This document shows, in pieces, positions 51,501 to 56,120 of a stretch of 56,120 nt of DNA. Position numbers and translations under genes: made by a program. This stretch comes from Catajapyx aquilonaris (lineage: Eukaryota), in assembly GCA_000934665.2 (NCBI GenBank), contig JYFJ02002480.1:1-56120 (forward strand). Direction: 5' to 3'. The notes beneath the pieces are model-generated. The model was not told the origin of the DNA, searched no databases, and saw nothing but the letters and a program-made list of their open reading frames with translations. Every line of letters starts with the position of its first letter. The first letter of the stretch is position 1.

Positions 51501-54500
51501 TCACGTACGCTCCACTGTTCAAAAGGGACACTGCAATTTCATGGCAGCCTTCCTTGCATGCAATCATCAGAGCTGTGCAGCCATCCTTGTCCAGAGCATT
51601 CACATTGGGGCGGTGCTCCAAGAGCATGTTCACAATGTCCACAGAGTTTCCCTTTGTGCTCACCAGTAGGGGTGTCCATGAGTACTATGGAGAGGGAGTT
51701 GTCAAGTAGTTACCAATAACCAGGGATGATTTTTTTCCCAAACACTTACCATTCCACATGCATCTACATTGGCACCAGCTTTAAGCAGAGAATCAACAAT
51801 CTCAGTGTAACCTCGACGAGCTGCCCACACCAATGCAGTTGTTCCGTACTGGAAATGAGAGACATTTACAGTGTTTCAGTTGAATCAGCCATTTCTGTCT
51901 ACTTTTTTGCACTTACTTTAAGTTGCATATTAGTTAAGCAATTACTCTGACAGCAACTTTTACTGGTAATCAAAAGTATTACCTGCTAATATTAGGCCAA
52001 TGTGAATAATTTATCCATGAGACATGACCTTCTGAGTAGGAATGGTCCATTGGAACGATCTGCATTAAATGTCGATGACAGAACACACTGCAGCGGGCCA
52101 GACCCCCTTTTTAGGATAGCAGCTAATACTTTTGATAACCACTAAAAGTACCGGTAACAGTAAAAAGTAAAAGTAGTAATGAACACAGAACCTTTTGAAA
52201 CTCTTTACAAATGAGAAAATCATCTGCCCAACAGGGGGATCTATATCAGGACCAATTTTGACTGCCCTGTAGTTAGCTACTACACCACCCTGTATAGCGG
52301 TATACAGGGTGGTGTAGTAGCAAACTTATTCCTGAACATGACATGCAGCACTGGAAACCCACTCCCCCATCTCTAAAGAGTAAGATAATTTTAACAATCC
52401 ACTACATTTAGCTACATCTCATCGCAGTGGAAAAAAAAACATCGCACAAGGCCTTGTTTATAACTACATGGCTCAACTGTTGTTCATGTTCAAACTAAAA
52501 ATACAACATGTGTCAGAGGCCTTACACACCACAGATACTAAATATCATTGGTGTACTCTATTGCACTGTAGTGCAAGTGTGTTTTTTTTTTAAACAATGC
52601 TAATTGAGTCATTTAATTCTTCCAACCTCGTTATCAGATATTTCTGACTATTGGTCAAAATGATAATAGCATTCCAAGAGTGTGACTTTCCTAAGTTACT
52701 CAAGAAGCAATAAATTTTGTGTCAGGCGTTAGAGGTGATAAAACTTTAGTTACACAGTACACCTTTCCTGACGTCTGAACAGCTACTATTGTCTCTGCAA
52801 GAGCCAAGATTCCTGCCAAACAACCTCCTTCACGCATATTTCTAGAGACACTCCACTTTTTGGCACACCTCGGGAGAAGGAAAGCTCTGATTAGACACTC
52901 AAATGAACAGGTGCTGCCAAAAAAGCACGCCCTTTAAAAACATGAGTAATGGAAGCAAATAGCTAGGTTTCTCATACCCTACATTAATGTTTAAATGTGA
53001 ATTTCACTGGATAAAAAGTTGTAAATGGTTTTATAATTTCTACTGCCATTTTTAAGCAATTTATAATACACGCACACTAATTCTATATGGTGTTTTTGAT
53101 ACAGAATTACTTTATAGTTATGGTAAAGGATGAAGTTACAACAATAAAACACCATTCAGTCAAGAAAAGACATTATGACTGTCCTTGTAAAGTTGTAATG
53201 CCTACCTTGTCACCCATGTTAACTCTTGCTCCATGCTGAAGCAGGTCTCTGCAGATATCTACATGTCCTCTTCCAGCTGCCCATTGTAGAGGTGATACAT
53301 GGAAGTTGTCATGAGCATTGACATCAGCACCCCTTTCCATCAGCAGCCTGGCTGTTTCTACCCTTCCTTTGTATGCTGCCCACATGAGGGCCGTCCAGCT
53401 TCCCTGCACAACACATTGAATAGGCTCAGTTTTCCATCCCTCATCACCTATTTATATTGAGGAAATACCATGTCTCGGTGGTTAATGTTGGCCCCATGAT
53501 CCAAAAGCTCGGCGCATATTTCCTTGTAGCCCTCCTTTGCCGCCGATATAAATGGTGTCCAGTTATCCTAGGTGGAAGAAGAAAGCATATGTAAAATGTG
53601 ATGACATTCCTCAATTACCCAGTAGAACTTCAGGTGCCCCAATGCCCACTTTTAAATGAGTGACTAACCCCTCAATGTGAACACAACTTCTTCCCTCAAG
53701 ACAAAGCTACTTACGAAGTCCTCCAAGTTGACATCTGCTCCATGTTCCAGCAATTCCCGGACAAAGTTGAACTTGCCCTTGGCGGCGGCCACCATGAGAG
53801 CTGTGGTGCCATTCTAAAATAAGAATGTCATATAAGAATATTTCTCTTGTGAAGGTCATGTTTTTAATTGTGATGGAACCTTTTGAAGACATGCCTGAAT
53901 CAGTGGGCAGGGAAGGGTGACTGGGAGGGAGAGGTGCAAGTGCAAGGGCAATGAGTGATTATCAAATGTGAAAAGGAAGCTGCTGCTGCTACCCTGTAAT
54001 TTACCAGAAATCGATCCCAACTCAGCCTTGTTAGTAAGCAGTGAAGATGTAATATGTGCCTTCCTCAACGGCAGATTAATGCAAATCCACTAAACTAGTG
54101 TGCCTTGGTGAATACAGAAAGACATTTCCCATCAATATGCTCCAAGAGGCAACTTACTTCATCTCTGTCATCCACTTGCACCCTCCTGTTCTCCAAGAAG
54201 CCTTGCAGTCCATAAAAGTTGTCCTCCGCAATAAAAGTTGCTAGGGAGCGGAAACTCAGAGAGACCATCGACTCTGAGTGAGACAGTGCCTGCAAAGCAG
54301 AACGGTATTAAGACCAATGTGACTGGGCCGGTAGAAAACTGAGTGACTCAATGAAACTGTTGCTCCAGTTGTTTATTGTTTTTTACACTCAAACTCTCAT
54401 TTCCACCCTCCACTTGCATATCTGTAACAAACAAATCCCAAACACAGTGATGTCCTACTGCTAATGGTTAAAATTTCTTCACAAACACGGCTGTTTCCAC

Positions 54501-54934
54501 TTTCTAAAATGATTAGTATATCGTGATGTACCCATGCCTCTGAACATGCTTCCTGTTGTAAAAGTGTCTGTGTGTTATGTGATCCTAAAGATCAACGCTG
54601 CATCTAATAAAAGCCGATAAAACCTCACATGCTCAAAAACAGTACCTATGTATTTTTACACAAGTTAGAGTCCACACGCGCAATCACATGTCCTTACGGG
54701 CGAAGCTGACGGTCGACGCAGATTTGCCAAACTGAATAACCGTCCAACTGAGGAAGGATCGGAGGTAGGGGTAAGGTTGATAAATGGGATGCTTAGATGG
54801 GATCCGAATCGACGGATTCCAGGACTGACTTCCGAGGGTGAAGGAATGTGGAGGAAGGAGAACCGATGTTGATGCTGGTGTATGGGAGCTGTCTGCGGCT
54901 CCTCACTGGGTGTCTTCGGTTCGTCAAGATCCAT
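42508..54934 (-). CDS. KIDINS220: Kinase D-interacting substrate 220/ARMS (ankyrin repeats, KAP P-loop NTPase with TM helices, SAM-like domain, PDZ-binding tail). Exons 54934-54698, 54289-54158, 53813-53715, 53567-53469, 53403-53206, 51848-51750, 51684-51145, 50682-50385, 50282-50075, 49945-49808, 49731-49583, 49520-49388, 49121-48719, 48440-48222, 48141-47738, 47544-47366, 47294-46897, 46341-46168, 44634-44445, 44388-44303, 43623-43470, 43319-42508
   Basis: Ankyrin exons ([37 protein letters not shown]); Walker [12 protein letters not shown]; Walker [53 protein letters not shown]-terminal ETTV*. Introns are GT-AG. Confidence 0.95.
44671..45882. mobile_element. Non-autonomous foldback DNA transposon: ~500-bp terminal inverted repeats (44671-45174 / 45363-45882), 188-bp spacer, 3-bp TSD TGA
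   Basis: Termini CAAGGGAAGGTCAC...GTGACCTTCCCTTG; TGA at 44668-44670 and 45883-45885. The arms differ by a few substitutions and two small indels. No transposase ORF. Confidence 0.9.
46583..46767 (-). mobile_element. tRNA-derived SINE, copy 2 (same family as 40811-40991)
   Basis: Shares ggaaggaagcgg.tgtggcct...gaccccggaattatcc...aaaaccacagaaaacca...ccaggacctcccgattagcag...ccactacaccaacctgcttcg with copy 1. Confidence 0.75.
52276..52321. repeat. Perfect 21-bp inverted repeat with a 4-nt loop
   Basis: gctactacaccaccctgtata-gcgg-tatacagggtggtgtagtagc. Confidence 0.9.
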
Positions 54935-55492
54935 TTTGCTTTTGTTTTCGTGCCCAGAACTAATTTCTTATGCTGTGGAGGCAGATTTCATGCAGATTTG
55001 TCACATCACCATTATGTGCTAATAGTTTTTTCCTATGAATATGTACTTCTACAGTGACGTCCTTGGGTATAATCCAAGTCAAAGGTTGGGAAAAAAATTC
55101 AATAACACCCACCCAAGAACTGTGACTCACTATGACAAAAGTTATAGAAATTTCCTCTCAGTCTTGGTGGAAATTGCAAGTTGGAATCATACAATCACTG
55201 ATAACTACTTTCGCAATACCGCCTCCAGCAGAATTCTACTCCACACATCCGACCAAATTTCAGCGGAAAAAATACGCACACAGTAATGAAGACTTCAGGC
55301 AATCGGCTCGTTATTTTTAATTAGCACCATGCCTATTAGCAATCCTATAATTAAAATCGACCCGAGAGGCCTTTAAAAAAGCACATCCTCTCAGCCTCAA
55401 AACCTACCCAGGAAAGACGGTAATGAACTTGATCTGAACCTTCATCGGGCAGCTGGCATATACACAATCAATACGCCTGTGGGGGGGGGGGG

Positions 55493-55494
55493 NN
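55493..55494. other. Ambiguous bases (nn) after a poly-G run
   Basis: Seen directly; probably an assembly/sequencing uncertainty. Confidence 0.9.
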
Positions 55495-56120
55495 NGTACG
55501 TATATAAATAGCAAACGACTTACATTCCTGTTCAAAATGACGCGAGTCAGAATAGCAACGGATGTGGACACGATATCGCGAGTGTGTGGCATGTTGCACT
55601 TCCGTATTGCTCAGCAAGTAACTCGAAACCCTTTCCTCAACTGCTCCATCAGTACCCCCTTCTTATCCGGCCTCTTCCTCGAAATATTTCAATGGCACGT
55701 GTTGTATACCATTGTGGAATAAGCCCGTGTTTTAATTCCATTCTGACCTGTCGGCGCTGTCAACCTGGACAATGCTGTTCCTTCACAAATCCTGTCTGGC
55801 CAAGGTCATCTCCCGTACACTTCCTCGAAGCACAACCGGCTACCAGCCTCACGATGCAACATTTAAAAAGGGTCTGTACAATCCAACAATCAGTCCTAAT
55901 CGGCACGCGATATCCTCCTGATAATTTCGCGGTTTCCCAAGATTTGCCTCACTCCACACCTGCCTCCCCATAATGAGGCGATATGCAATTCACATGAAGC
56001 CGTGACCGCGAAACAACCGCTGGTCAATCAGGCGTCAAACCTGTCACCACAATAGGCACGCGTGTACTGATGTTTACCCCGTAGCTCTTGGTGTACCCTT
56101 CCTCGTCCAGCAAATGGTGT

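Noticed and set aside
51116..51709. 197-aa plus-strand ORF
   Set aside because: Antisense shadow of the large Kidins220 ankyrin exon.
53469..53813. Two 99-nt phase-0 ankyrin exons as possible mutually exclusive exons
   Set aside because: They encode consecutive, different ankyrin repeats in the known Kidins220 order, so both are needed.

Overview
Eukaryotic genomic DNA from an arthropod (inferred from the armadillo C-terminus and the SINE types), with short GT-AG introns. Plus strand, in order: the last four coding exons of armadillo/beta-catenin (1021-4669); a type II transmembrane SEA-Frizzled-LDLa-SRCR serine-protease homologue with a broken catalytic triad (13627-20562); a cationic amino-acid transporter (21545-23659); and a BTB-BACK-kelch IPP-like gene (25186-28408). 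Minus strand: Kidins220/ARMS (42508-54934). The most notable segment is 30.4-39.6 kb, which the ORF track shows only as fragments. Spliced by hand it is a minus-strand tandem array of three intact 4-exon genes (251, 235, 240 aa) plus one frameshifted, truncated pseudogene. They encode secreted, divergent lipocalin-like proteins with 12-18 Cys and a Cys-rich central segment. Also present: a 1.2-kb foldback DNA element with ~500-bp near-perfect arms in a Kidins220 intron, several tRNA-derived SINEs, MITE-like elements, and a predicted frameshifting exon skip in armadillo that mirrors Drosophila neural Armadillo. All family calls come from motif recognition by eye; no searches were run.
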